DNA of 22,128 nt, from the NCBI GenBank assembly GCA_046570105.1, contig JBKHVI010000046.1:1-22128 (forward strand). The letters run 5' to 3'. Below are positions 1-9,487 of the stretch, one piece after another. Within the stretch, counting starts at the first letter, position 1. Every line of letters begins with the position of its first letter. The notes under the pieces are model-generated. The model made no database searches, was not told where the DNA came from, and was given only the letters and a program-made list of their open reading frames with translations. The DNA comes from Bacteriovoracia bacterium. GTDB taxonomy: Bacteria; Bdellovibrionota; Bacteriovoracia; Bacteriovoracales; Bacteriovoracaceae. The translations under genes and the position numbers were made by a program.

Positions 1-1
1 A

Positions 2-730
2 TTAAGGAGAAAGAACAAACTTCCCACTAAACGAACTATTCAGCATCGTATTCTTCACAGCCTTATCGGCAGTGATTAGAAGCGAGAAACTTGATTCTTT
101 ATAAAGATTTAAGATCATCGCATCAGCTGCACCTATACCCGACTCGCCCAGTAAGCAGACCATGTTTACCCAAGAAGGGTGCTTCTTAAAAAACTCCTTA
201 CTTTCGATTTCTCGAGTTCCAAGAAAATTGATTTTATAATCTTTAACTGCATTCTCCCATACTCGGGCTAAGTATGGAGCAAAGTATGATTTGCAGAAAG
301 CTGTCCAGGCACTAGGGCCATCTGTGGTTGGCCCATGCCCAAAGAGCTCCATAAATTTTTTAATGTCTGAATCATTTAATTTAAAGGCACGCTCTTCATC
401 TGAGGCAGCCTTTGCTTTTCGTTTGAGATACTTAAGCTCCTCGTAAATCTTTCCATCAAGAGATTCCGAAAAATCCTCATAAAAACCCACAAGTCCTTCA
501 GGGATTAAAACCTTTCGCTGAAGATCAAGAAACTCTAAGCGAACATTAACGTTGGTATAGACGGGAATAGCAAGACGGCTTAAAGTTCTGAATACCTCAT
601 CTGCCCAGTCATTATGTATGTCTAGAGGATATGAACCTGCGAAAAGAACATTTGTATCAACAATACAGCCTTGCTTGAGGGCCGGAAATTGATCTACGTA
701 TTTTTCAAATTCTGAAATCTTTAATTCCAT
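2..730 (-). CDS. PIN-domain protein (VapC/PIN-like ribonuclease fold) with a large internal insertion, 242 aa
   Basis: PIN acidic motifs appear in order: CIVDTNVLFA, NVRLEFL, GAADAMIL, LLITADKAV. The start codon overlaps the stop of the upstream small ORF (TAATG at 728-732, minus strand). Confidence 0.8.
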   Translation of the reverse strand: MELKISEFEKYVDQFPALKQGCIVDTNVLFAGSYPLDIHNDWADEVFRTLSRLAIPVYTNVNVRLEFLDLQRKVLIPEGLVGFYEDFSESLDGKIYEELKYLKRKAKAASDEERAFKLNDSDIKKFMELFGHGPTTDGPSAWTAFCKSYFAPYLARVWENAVKDYKINFLGTREIESKEFFKKHPSWVNMVCLLGESGIGAADAMILNLYKESSFSLLITADKAVKNTMLNSSFSGKFVLSP

Positions 731-912
731 TAAGATCCAGCCTCGGGATTGTAGTGTCTCGCTACTTTTTTATCTTTCTCTTTTTTGGGCTTTAACTTGC
801 CTGTCCTAATAAGAGCATCAATTAGTTCCTGAGAAGGCTTGAGACTCTTTTTAATTTCATAATGCAGCTCTCTCAGTTTTTGTACGCCGGATTTTTCTTC
901 TTGTTGGCCCAT
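730..912 (-). CDS. Small Lys/Glu-rich protein, putative antitoxin or partner of the PIN protein (~60 aa)
   Basis: GGAGGA RBS lies just before the ATG at 912 (ORF track starts at 924). Translationally coupled to the PIN gene. No family recognised. Confidence 0.6.
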   Translation of the reverse strand: MGQQEEKSGVQKLRELHYEIKKSLKPSQELIDALIRTGKLKPKKEKDKKVARHYNPEAGS

Positions 913-1061
913 AATTTCCTCCATTTCATTGGCATTCTAAGTCTGAAAATATCACGGCTTTCCAGGCGGGGAACCCGTTGATATTACTTAGCCCAACTCG
1001 CCTTTAAGCGAATTAAAAAAAGGAGGAATTCTAGATATTTTTCATCTCTGAAAAGCGAAGC

Positions 1062-2075
<1,014 letters not shown>

Positions 2076-2091
2076 CTAAACTCTAGTCTGC

Positions 2092-2958
2092 ATGAAAACC
2101 TCTGAGATTGGCAAAAATGCTGCACTCCTCAGTCTCATTGAAGTGGGACTCGGTAGTCTATTGCATGGAATGAGGATTCCTTTTGCAGGCCATTTTCTCT
2201 CATTGAATCAAGGCCTCATTCTCACTCGTGCCACTCTCCAAAGTGGCGAGCGCTGTGACGCCCCTATTATCAGCACCACCGCTGCACTCCTCAAATCCCT
2301 CTCACCGGCAGGAAAAAAACTGACTCCCATGCTCGCCATTGCCATGCAGGGGCAACTCTACTTTGTGGGTCTAGCTCTGTTAGGAACAAATATTGCCGGG
2401 ATGTTTCTAGGCATGAGTCTGTTGTGTCTGTGGGGATTCATCCAGCCCTTGGCCGTATATTATCTGCTTTATGGCGAAACACTGATCACGGTGATTGATG
2501 GCCTGATGAAAGATTGGAGTCAGTGGCTGCCTTTGAGTTGGCAGGGTCTTTTGTGGCTTTCAGTCGGCGTTGTTACTTTCAAAATTATCCTGGGCCTGAT
2601 TGTTGTAGTGATGGCCCATCGTCTGACAGACACTCAAGTGGAAAAGCTTGAGCTGTGGGCCAAAAAACAAAAACCATCTGCAAAAACTCCACAAACGCCT
2701 CTCAAAGGGGCGCTGAAAGATATGAGCACTCCGCTCTTTCTCTTTTCGTGGCTCTTAACGCTTATTTTCTATTTCTTGGCGAACTCAGAGCACTCAGTCA
2801 GTGTTTGGCTCATACTTCGGCCCTTAGCGGTAGGTTTTATTTTGTTTTATCTAGCGCGCCGGATTCCCATTTCATGGATTGAGAATAAGCTTAAAGCGCG
2901 CTTTCCAGTTTTGGGTGAGACCTTGCGAGAAGCGCTCACCTGGATTCAGAAGAACTAG
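2092..2958 (+). CDS. Polytopic membrane protein of unknown function (possible ECF S-component-like transporter)
   Basis: About 6-8 hydrophobic segments. N-terminal IEVGLGSLLHGMRIPFAG and LLKSLSP..TPMLAI motifs. Stop overlaps the convergent antitoxin gene. Confidence 0.6.
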   Translation: MKTSEIGKNAALLSLIEVGLGSLLHGMRIPFAGHFLSLNQGLILTRATLQSGERCDAPIISTTAALLKSLSPAGKKLTPMLAIAMQGQLYFVGLALLGTNIAGMFLGMSLLCLWGFIQPLAVYYLLYGETLITVIDGLMKDWSQWLPLSWQGLLWLSVGVVTFKIILGLIVVVMAHRLTDTQVEKLELWAKKQKPSAKTPQTPLKGALKDMSTPLFLFSWLLTLIFYFLANSEHSVSVWLILRPLAVGFILFYLARRIPISWIENKLKARFPVLGETLREALTWIQKN

Positions 2959-3269
2959 GCCACTTCTTTAATCACCACTTCACCTTTAATTCCTGCACGA
3001 TCAAGTTGATCTTGCAGAGCATACTTCGCAAAAACTTTGGGTGAATAACCTAATTTTTTGGCAAATTCGACGGCACGTTCAACGCTGACAATTTTGCGAT
3101 TTTTTTCAATATTACAAAGTTCTTGGCGAGATATCTTTAATTTCTTGGCGTATTCAACCTGGGTAAATTCATCGGTTACTCGGATGGCATTGAGCATGGT
3201 TCCGAAAGGAACTGGCCCTAACAATTCACGAAGAAATTTACCTGCTTCAACATAGTTTTTAGTACTCAT
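2955..3269 (-). CDS. higA: HigA-like XRE/HTH antitoxin
   Basis: HTH_XRE signature FTQVEYAKKLKISRQELCNIEKNRK..SVERAVEFAKKLG. The likely start is the ATG at 3269, overlapping the end of the toxin gene. Order is toxin then antitoxin. Confidence 0.8.
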   Translation of the reverse strand: MSTKNYVEAGKFLRELLGPVPFGTMLNAIRVTDEFTQVEYAKKLKISRQELCNIEKNRKIVSVERAVEFAKKLGYSPKVFAKYALQDQLDRAGIKGEVVIKEVA

Positions 3270-3528
3270 GATTGGTAACCTCCAAAACATAGACTGAATT
3301 GTGATCAGTTTCTATTATATAAATCACGCGCCAACTTCTATTTAGAGATGATGAACGCTGACCTTTTCTATTCCCAACCAAAGGATGATCTCTATATCCA
3401 ACGACTCGTTGTACTGCTTCGATCCCATCTTCTGTGACAATTTCAAACCAAGTCTGAAACTTTAATACAATAAAATAAGGCGCACGACGCACATCCTTGC
3501 GTGCATTCCTTGAAATCAAGACTAACAT
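3259..3528 (-). CDS. higB: HigB/RelE-family mRNA interferase toxin
   Basis: 89 aa with GYRDHPLVGNRKGQRSSSLNRSWRVIY...VLEVTNHEY, typical of RelE/HigB. AAGGAG RBS at 3533-3538 (minus). Confidence 0.82.
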   Translation of the reverse strand: MLVLISRNARKDVRRAPYFIVLKFQTWFEIVTEDGIEAVQRVVGYRDHPLVGNRKGQRSSSLNRSWRVIYIIETDHNSVYVLEVTNHEY

Positions 3529-3542
3529 AAAACTCCTTTACC

Positions 3543-3561
3543 GTATACCAAATTGGTTTAC
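3543..3561. promoter_or_regulatory. Imperfect palindrome upstream of higB, probable HigA autoregulatory operator
   Basis: GTATACCAA-A-TTGGTTTAC (8 of 9 bp dyad) lies just upstream of the toxin RBS. A second dyad, AGTTA..TAAGCTTAACT, is at about 3566-3583. Confidence 0.55.
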
Positions 3562-3637
3562 ACGCAGTTATGTAAGCTTAACTATCGAAGAAGGTTGAGA
3601 AATGAAAGAAAAGTGGGGTCTAAGGATTTAAATAATT

Positions 3638-4450
3638 CTAAAACGAAACCGTGCGTCCCATGAAGCGATCCCGCTCGCGAAGAAGCTGGGCAATCATGGA
3701 TATCGCAATTTCGGCAGGAGCGTTGGAGCCAAACTCTTCACCTAAGGGGCAGTGAAAACTTTTGAGTTTTTCTTTGGCGACACCGCGTTCAGTGAGTTCA
3801 CTCTCCAAACGATTGCGTTTTTGTTTTGAGCCAATGACACCTAAAAAAGGAAATTGAAATTCTTTCAGCGCGCGCTCTAAAATCGGCGCATCAAACGAGT
3901 GGCCCATGGTCATCATTGCAACAAAACTCTGAGGATGAAGAGTATCGAGCACTGACTTCATATCTTCTGTACAAATTTTCTTAAAACGCTCAGTAGTAGG
4001 AGGTAATTTATCAAGCCACTCTGCACGTGGATCGATCACGGTTAAGTGACAATCAAGTTTGAATAAGAGTCGCGTGAGTTCTTGAGAGACATGGCCCGCG
4101 CCAAAAATCGCCACATGCCAGCGCTCCTGAGGGCGATGCACTTCAAAGAACATGGTGACTTCCCCACCACAGCTCATACCGATATCTTTTTGCAGATTCC
4201 ACGTAAAACTCTGAGAAGGAATTCGCTCTTTGGTTTGCAACAACTCACTCGCCTGATCGAGACAGCGCTTCTCAATTTTGCCACCACCAACCGTGCCAAA
4301 CAAAAGACCATCGCTCCCGACAATCATACGCGCGCCAATATCTTGCGGAGCACTCCCGCGATTGGCGGTCATGGTGACAATCACCATGGAGCGTCCTTCC
4401 GAGTGAAACTTTAAGAAGTGTTGGCAGAATTGATCGAGTTGCTGCTCCAT
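3638..4450 (-). CDS. xdhC: Xanthine dehydrogenase accessory protein XdhC
   Basis: Motifs GSAPQDIGARM, GTVGGGKIE, GMSCGG, IFGAGHV, MTMGHSFD, GVIGSKQK, PAEIAIS. Coupled to xdhB by a TAATG overlap at 4450. Confidence 0.93.
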   Translation of the reverse strand: MEQQLDQFCQHFLKFHSEGRSMVIVTMTANRGSAPQDIGARMIVGSDGLLFGTVGGGKIEKRCLDQASELLQTKERIPSQSFTWNLQKDIGMSCGGEVTMFFEVHRPQERWHVAIFGAGHVSQELTRLLFKLDCHLTVIDPRAEWLDKLPPTTERFKKICTEDMKSVLDTLHPQSFVAMMTMGHSFDAPILERALKEFQFPFLGVIGSKQKRNRLESELTERGVAKEKLKSFHCPLGEEFGSNAPAEIAISMIAQLLRERDRFMGRTVSF

Positions 4451-6762
4451 TAAATCTCTCCCGTAAGTTCTCTTAAAATTTCTTCGCCACTGGCCGGACT
4501 TTTTAATCCTGCACCTTTGTTGCGATAAGAAAGCGCATTTTTGACTGCCGTCCAGGCACTGATACCCAAAAGAAGTGGTGGCTCACCGACCGCTTTTGAT
4601 CCATGAACGTTGACATGATTTTCTTCATTTTTAATAAAATTCATTTTGAAAATACGTGGCGTATCTTGAATATTGGGAATTTTATAAGTAGTGGGTGAAT
4701 GACTCACCAGCTTATGAGTCTTATCCCAAACCAGCTCTTCCGTCGTGACCCAACCCATACCTTGCACAAATGCGCCCATGACCTGGCCTTGATCGATGCC
4801 AGGATTGAGTGGGCGACCGAGATCCATTAAAATATCAGAACGTAGAACTTTAAGATCGCCGGTGAATCCATCAATCTCAACTTCCGAGACCGCTAGCCCT
4901 TGAGTGAAATAATTAAAAGCTTTGCCTTGAACCGTTTCTTTATCAAATCCCAGACCAGGAGTTTTGTAATGAGCATAAGCACCCAAAGAGATGCGATTAA
5001 AATACGCAGCGGTCACCAGTTTTTTAAGCTCAATGGTTTTGCCAGTTGAGATTTGAGTCACAATGCCTTTCTCAAATTTAAAATCCGGATCCACTTTGCC
5101 ATGCAGCACTTCGTACTCACGGATAGCATCGCTCGGCTCTCCGGCAAAAATCTTTTGCGCCAGTACACACAGGCGGCCTTTGATCATGTCCGCCGCTTGC
5201 AGAGCTGCAGCACCATTAAGGTCAGCACCACTAGAGGCCGCTGTCGCTGAGGTATTGTGATTTTTTTCAGTAGAAGTCGGCATGACTTGCACGTCACGGT
5301 ACTCAAGGCCCAAGGCATGAGCGACGATTTGCGCGATCTTCGTATTCACTCCCTGGCCCATCTCGGTGGCCCCAGTTGAAACTTGCACGGTGGCATCAAG
5401 ATGCACATTCACGAGCGCATTGGCCTGATTTAAAAATCTTGCAGTGAAGGCGATTCCAAATTTAGTCGCCGCCAATGAGAGGCCTCTTACTGTGCCGGTT
5501 TTTTTCTGATTATGTTCGATAATCTTTTGTCTGCGAGTTTGATAGTCAGAGCTCTTAGTGAGCTGATCATAAATCGCCGGCAGCATATTATTTTCTAAAT
5601 CTTGTCCGTAGGGGGTTTTGACATTTTTTCCACGGTAGAGATTCACTTCGCGCACGATGGCCGGGTCTAGCTTTAAAAAATTTGCGATATCATCGATAAT
5701 ACTTTCAATTGTCATGCTACCTTGCGGGCCACCGAAACCACGGAAGGCAGTGTGGGAAGTAAAATTGGTGCGATAAGAAACGGCATCAATCCAGCAATTT
5801 TCTAAATAATAAGCGCTATCAATATGAAACATGGCGCGCTCTAGAATGGAGCTTGAGAGATCGGAGTATGCTCCCCCATCTGATTGCAAAGTCGCTTTCA
5901 AAGCGAGAATGCGGCCTTTATCATCAAATCCAACTTCCCATTCATTTTCAAACGGATGACGTTTTCCGGTGAGCTGCATGTCTTGATCTTTAGTAAGAAT
6001 CAAGCGCGCTGGTTTTTTTAATTTATGAGCAACGAGGGCGGCGTATCCTGCAATGGGTGCGCCTTGCGATTCTTTACCGCCAAACCCTCCGCCCATACGT
6101 TTGACCACACAGACGATATGATGAAGGGGAATACCCAGAGTTTCCGCGACAACTCTTTGAGTTTCACTCGGGTGCTGACTTGAAGCATGGACTTCAATCT
6201 GTCCTTGCTCAAGTGGATAGGCGATAACCGCTTGGCTCTCCATGTAGAAGTGCTCTTGGCCGCCGACAATAAATGTTCCGCTTAGACGATGGGGAGCTTT
6301 TTTAAGGGCCTCATCGGCATTGCCTTGAGCAAATGGTTTTGAGGCGCGATAGATAATACTCTGAGCTTTTTTGGCTTCTTGAATACTAAAAATCCCTGGC
6401 GTCTCTTTGACTTCAACTGTGACAAGTTTTTTAATTTCTTCTAAGCTATAGCGATTTTTTGAAACGACCAGGGCAACTGCTTCATCGCGATAACCAATTT
6501 TCTTTTCTACTAAAATCGGCTGATCATGAACGATGGTGCCCCATTTTTTTCCATGAAGATCTTTTGCGGTATAAACCGCTAAGCAATCCGGGTGCGCCAG
6601 TGCCTTTTCTGTGTGAATGGCGATGACTTCGCCACAAGCCACCGGTGTACCGACAATACCGACATGCACTTCCCCGCGCTGCTCAGGACGATCATCAATA
6701 AAGATACTCTCCCCTGTGACGTGTGTGGCACCTGAATCATGCTGAACATTTTTGCCAATCAT
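4450..6762 (-). CDS. xdhB: Xanthine dehydrogenase molybdopterin-binding subunit
   Basis: Motifs HVTGE..FIDD, GGQEHFYME, RMGGGFGGKE, AFRGFGGPQG, GATEMGQG, SKAVGEPP. Confidence 0.96.
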   Translation of the reverse strand: MIGKNVQHDSGATHVTGESIFIDDRPEQRGEVHVGIVGTPVACGEVIAIHTEKALAHPDCLAVYTAKDLHGKKWGTIVHDQPILVEKKIGYRDEAVALVVSKNRYSLEEIKKLVTVEVKETPGIFSIQEAKKAQSIIYRASKPFAQGNADEALKKAPHRLSGTFIVGGQEHFYMESQAVIAYPLEQGQIEVHASSQHPSETQRVVAETLGIPLHHIVCVVKRMGGGFGGKESQGAPIAGYAALVAHKLKKPARLILTKDQDMQLTGKRHPFENEWEVGFDDKGRILALKATLQSDGGAYSDLSSSILERAMFHIDSAYYLENCWIDAVSYRTNFTSHTAFRGFGGPQGSMTIESIIDDIANFLKLDPAIVREVNLYRGKNVKTPYGQDLENNMLPAIYDQLTKSSDYQTRRQKIIEHNQKKTGTVRGLSLAATKFGIAFTARFLNQANALVNVHLDATVQVSTGATEMGQGVNTKIAQIVAHALGLEYRDVQVMPTSTEKNHNTSATAASSGADLNGAAALQAADMIKGRLCVLAQKIFAGEPSDAIREYEVLHGKVDPDFKFEKGIVTQISTGKTIELKKLVTAAYFNRISLGAYAHYKTPGLGFDKETVQGKAFNYFTQGLAVSEVEIDGFTGDLKVLRSDILMDLGRPLNPGIDQGQVMGAFVQGMGWVTTEELVWDKTHKLVSHSPTTYKIPNIQDTPRIFKMNFIKNEENHVNVHGSKAVGEPPLLLGISAWTAVKNALSYRNKGAGLKSPASGEEILRELTGEI

Positions 6763-8174
6763 ACGCGCACCTCATGAGCAAATTTCAGGAGGAGATTTTT
6801 GGCGAGAAGACGGCGGTATTTATCTGAGCCGCGCACATCACTCACTGGTGTGATCTGTTGATTAATTTCTGTCGACACTGCACTCATCAGATTGGCATCG
6901 AGAACTTGCCCCACGCTCTTTTGCTCGATTTGTGGGAAACGCAGCACACTGGCCCCAACGCCACCCATCGCCAACTTGAAGGAGCTGAGTTTTTTTCCAT
7001 CTAAACTGTAACGAACTGCGAGTGTCACGGCCGAGATATCCAAATCTTTGCGACGAGAAACTTTGTAGAGTTTAAAGTGATCCGTCGTTTTGGGCAGGAA
7101 GATATGGGTGACGAGTTCACCAGGTTTTAAATCCATCTGCTTATAGCCCGGCAAAAAGAAATCATTCACATCGACAAAACGAGGACCACTGGGCCCCATT
7201 AAATGCACGATGGCATGAGCGACTTTCAAAAATGGAATGGTGTCCGCGATCGGAGATGCATTCATCATATTGCCCACAAGGGTGGCGGAATTTTTAATTT
7301 GCGGAGAGGCGAAAATACGCATGAGACGAGTAAACTCTGGAAAATCACTCTCACAGGTATCTGCGACTTGATGCAAAGTCGCCCGCGCACCTATGAGCCA
7401 TCCATCGTTGAGCTCTTTAATTTCATGAAGCTCATCAATCGCCACTAGACTCATCATTTTTTTGGGTTCAAAGCGCCCTTTGTTATGAAGCACTCCCAGA
7501 TCTGTGGCACCTGAAACAATGCGCGAGTCACTTGAGGCCTTCATGGCTTCCGTGAGTGTCACAGGTAAAAATGCTTTTTTATGTTCATGCTCCACACTGA
7601 CACTTTGATGAAGGGGGCGCAAAGTTTCAGCGATCACTTTTTCGTTAAAAAGTTGATTGAGCTCTGGCGTATTCACCAGATCAAGTTTCATACCGGCTTC
7701 AAGAATGGAATCATAGCCGGTGCAGCGACAGAGATTTCCCGTCAGGGCATTTCGCACGCGTTTTTCATCGAGAAGTTTATTTTCGCGTTTGGCAGTATCG
7801 GCCATGGAGGCCATGGCACAAATAAATCCCGGTGTGCAGTAGCCGCATTGAGCGCCATGACACTCGACCATGCTTTTTTGTACCGGATGCAATTTCTCGG
7901 CAGTACCTAGACCTTCAACTGTGATGATGTGGGTGCGATCAAGTTGCCACATAAAGGCGATACAAGAATTGATCGCCTTATATTCACCCAACTCTTCTTT
8001 CGCCATGTGGGCCACAACGACGGTACAGGCCCCGCAATCGCCTTCCGCACAAACCACTTTCGTGCCAGTCAGGCCTTGCTCATAGCGCAGGTAATCCGAA
8101 AGAGTCAGGAAAGCTTTTTCCCCGGAGACCTCATGGCGCTCCCCGTTAATAAACAACCAGATAGAATTTCTCAT
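6759..8174 (-). CDS. xdhA: Xanthine dehydrogenase small subunit (2x[2Fe-2S] + FAD)
   Basis: Motifs GTKVVCAEGDCGAC, QCGYCTPG, GNLCRCTGY, FASPQIKNSATLVGN, ASPIAD, KVSRRKDLDISAV. ATGA overlap with xdhB. Confidence 0.96.
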   Translation of the reverse strand: MRNSIWLFINGERHEVSGEKAFLTLSDYLRYEQGLTGTKVVCAEGDCGACTVVVAHMAKEELGEYKAINSCIAFMWQLDRTHIITVEGLGTAEKLHPVQKSMVECHGAQCGYCTPGFICAMASMADTAKRENKLLDEKRVRNALTGNLCRCTGYDSILEAGMKLDLVNTPELNQLFNEKVIAETLRPLHQSVSVEHEHKKAFLPVTLTEAMKASSDSRIVSGATDLGVLHNKGRFEPKKMMSLVAIDELHEIKELNDGWLIGARATLHQVADTCESDFPEFTRLMRIFASPQIKNSATLVGNMMNASPIADTIPFLKVAHAIVHLMGPSGPRFVDVNDFFLPGYKQMDLKPGELVTHIFLPKTTDHFKLYKVSRRKDLDISAVTLAVRYSLDGKKLSSFKLAMGGVGASVLRFPQIEQKSVGQVLDANLMSAVSTEINQQITPVSDVRGSDKYRRLLAKNLLLKFAHEVRV

Positions 8175-8266
8175 GGCGCTATTATGCCTTCCTGATTGAT
8201 GAGTTTGGAAGCTTTTGAAGCGTTTTGCTCGGTTCAGAGTTTGAAATTATGTCCGAAAAGTCCTCT

Positions 8267-8506
8267 ATGCGACTTTTTATCCTGCTGTTCTTTGTCTTCT
8301 CTGCCCATGCGGCACCCAACAAGCTCGTTCAAGGCCTTGATGTTCAGGGTAAAGTCCGCGCCTGTCACCCCATGGCCCCCGATGAATTTATTTGTACGCA
8401 GGAGTTCACTGAAGGTGATCAATTTGCCATCGATTGTGTCGCCAAAGGTGGCGAAGCGATTGCCTGTGGGTGTCACGATTATCTTTGTATTTTAGTTACT
8501 GAATGA
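8267..8506 (+). CDS. Small secreted Cys-rich protein (6 Cys), hypothetical
   Basis: Signal peptide MRLFILLFFVFSAHA starts at the ATG at 8267. Mature part CHPM..ICTQEF..DCVAKGG..ACGCHDYLC. Confidence 0.7.
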   Translation: MRLFILLFFVFSAHAAPNKLVQGLDVQGKVRACHPMAPDEFICTQEFTEGDQFAIDCVAKGGEAIACGCHDYLCILVTE

Positions 8507-8531
8507 GGTTCAGTAAGCACTGCTTACTGAA
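8496..8531. repeat. Three-arm palindromic element (TTACTGAA / TTCAGTAAGCA-C-TGCTTACTGAA)
   Basis: Perfect 11-bp inverted repeat at 8509-8519/8521-8531, plus a third copy of TTACTGAA at 8496-8503. It spans the ATGA stop/start overlap. Confidence 0.8.
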
Positions 8532-9399
8532 AGGTGTGTTGGAACTTTCGGCCAATTTTTTAAATCGCGAAGCACCCAACCTAGAAAACGATCGCAACGG
8601 GGCCATGCCGGAAGGTTATAAAATCGAAAAATACTACGGTAACAATCCAGAAGCTTGTTATCAGACTGGACTCAAGGCCGCTCTCTTTCTCCCTGATGAG
8701 GGTGATCATGTGGTCTTTGCCATCACCGGGACTGAAGGAAGTGACAATTATCGCTCAGGAAAAAAACGGGAAAGCTATCTTTCAGTTAAGCCAAGCACAT
8801 TTGGTTTTATTGGCCACACAAGACCTGTCGGTAGCGAAATTTCTGCCAAGGAAAAAGACAAAGAAGATTGGACTCCCACGGTGGGCGCACGCCAATTTCG
8901 CTCCGAATGCGGTCAGCAAATGATGGCCGATGCGATTGAGTATGCCACTAAACACAATAAGCGCATTGTTTTTACCGGCCACAGCCTGGGGGGAGCTATC
9001 TCTCAAGCGATGGGCTATGAGGTTCAAAGAAGACTTATGCTACAAAATCCAGCGGCTCGCCCTGTGGAAGTGGTGAGTTTTATGAGTGCAGGAGGCCGTG
9101 GTCTGGTGCGAAGGTCTGAGCGGCAAGTAGAACAGAGACTTAACAGCGTGATGTACGCCAGTCGCGGAGATATCGTCAGTGTCACCGGAAAACATGTCGC
9201 CGAGATTCGCGAAATGGTTCGTACTGATGAATATGAGAATGAATTTAGAAGTCTCAAAAAGCCGGTACTTGAAACCCATACCTTGGATATGAGCGGCTTT
9301 AGGGATTTATCTGAGGCCCAACACATGACGGATAAAGAGCTCAGCGTAAGTTTCAACGAGTATATGCAGTCGTTTTACAAACCGCAGAGTAAAGATTGA
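8503..9399 (+). CDS. Lipase class 3 / alpha-beta hydrolase
   Basis: Motifs VVFAITGTE, IVFTGHSLGGAI (nucleophile elbow), GDIVS (Asp), ETHTL (candidate His). No obvious signal peptide. Confidence 0.82.
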   Translation: MRFSKHCLLKGVLELSANFLNREAPNLENDRNGAMPEGYKIEKYYGNNPEACYQTGLKAALFLPDEGDHVVFAITGTEGSDNYRSGKKRESYLSVKPSTFGFIGHTRPVGSEISAKEKDKEDWTPTVGARQFRSECGQQMMADAIEYATKHNKRIVFTGHSLGGAISQAMGYEVQRRLMLQNPAARPVEVVSFMSAGGRGLVRRSERQVEQRLNSVMYASRGDIVSVTGKHVAEIREMVRTDEYENEFRSLKKPVLETHTLDMSGFRDLSEAQHMTDKELSVSFNEYMQSFYKPQSKD

Positions 9400-9487
9400 G
9401 TTAAATCCTAGAAAAAAATACTCCCTCCCCCTTTCAAATTCAAATTTTTCCTCTATACCCTCCTCCATACACTTTCTGGAGGCCTTC

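Noticed and set aside
8175..8266. Purine riboswitch upstream of xdhA or the deaminase
   Set aside because: The leaders are too short or apparently leaderless, and no purine-aptamer consensus is visible.
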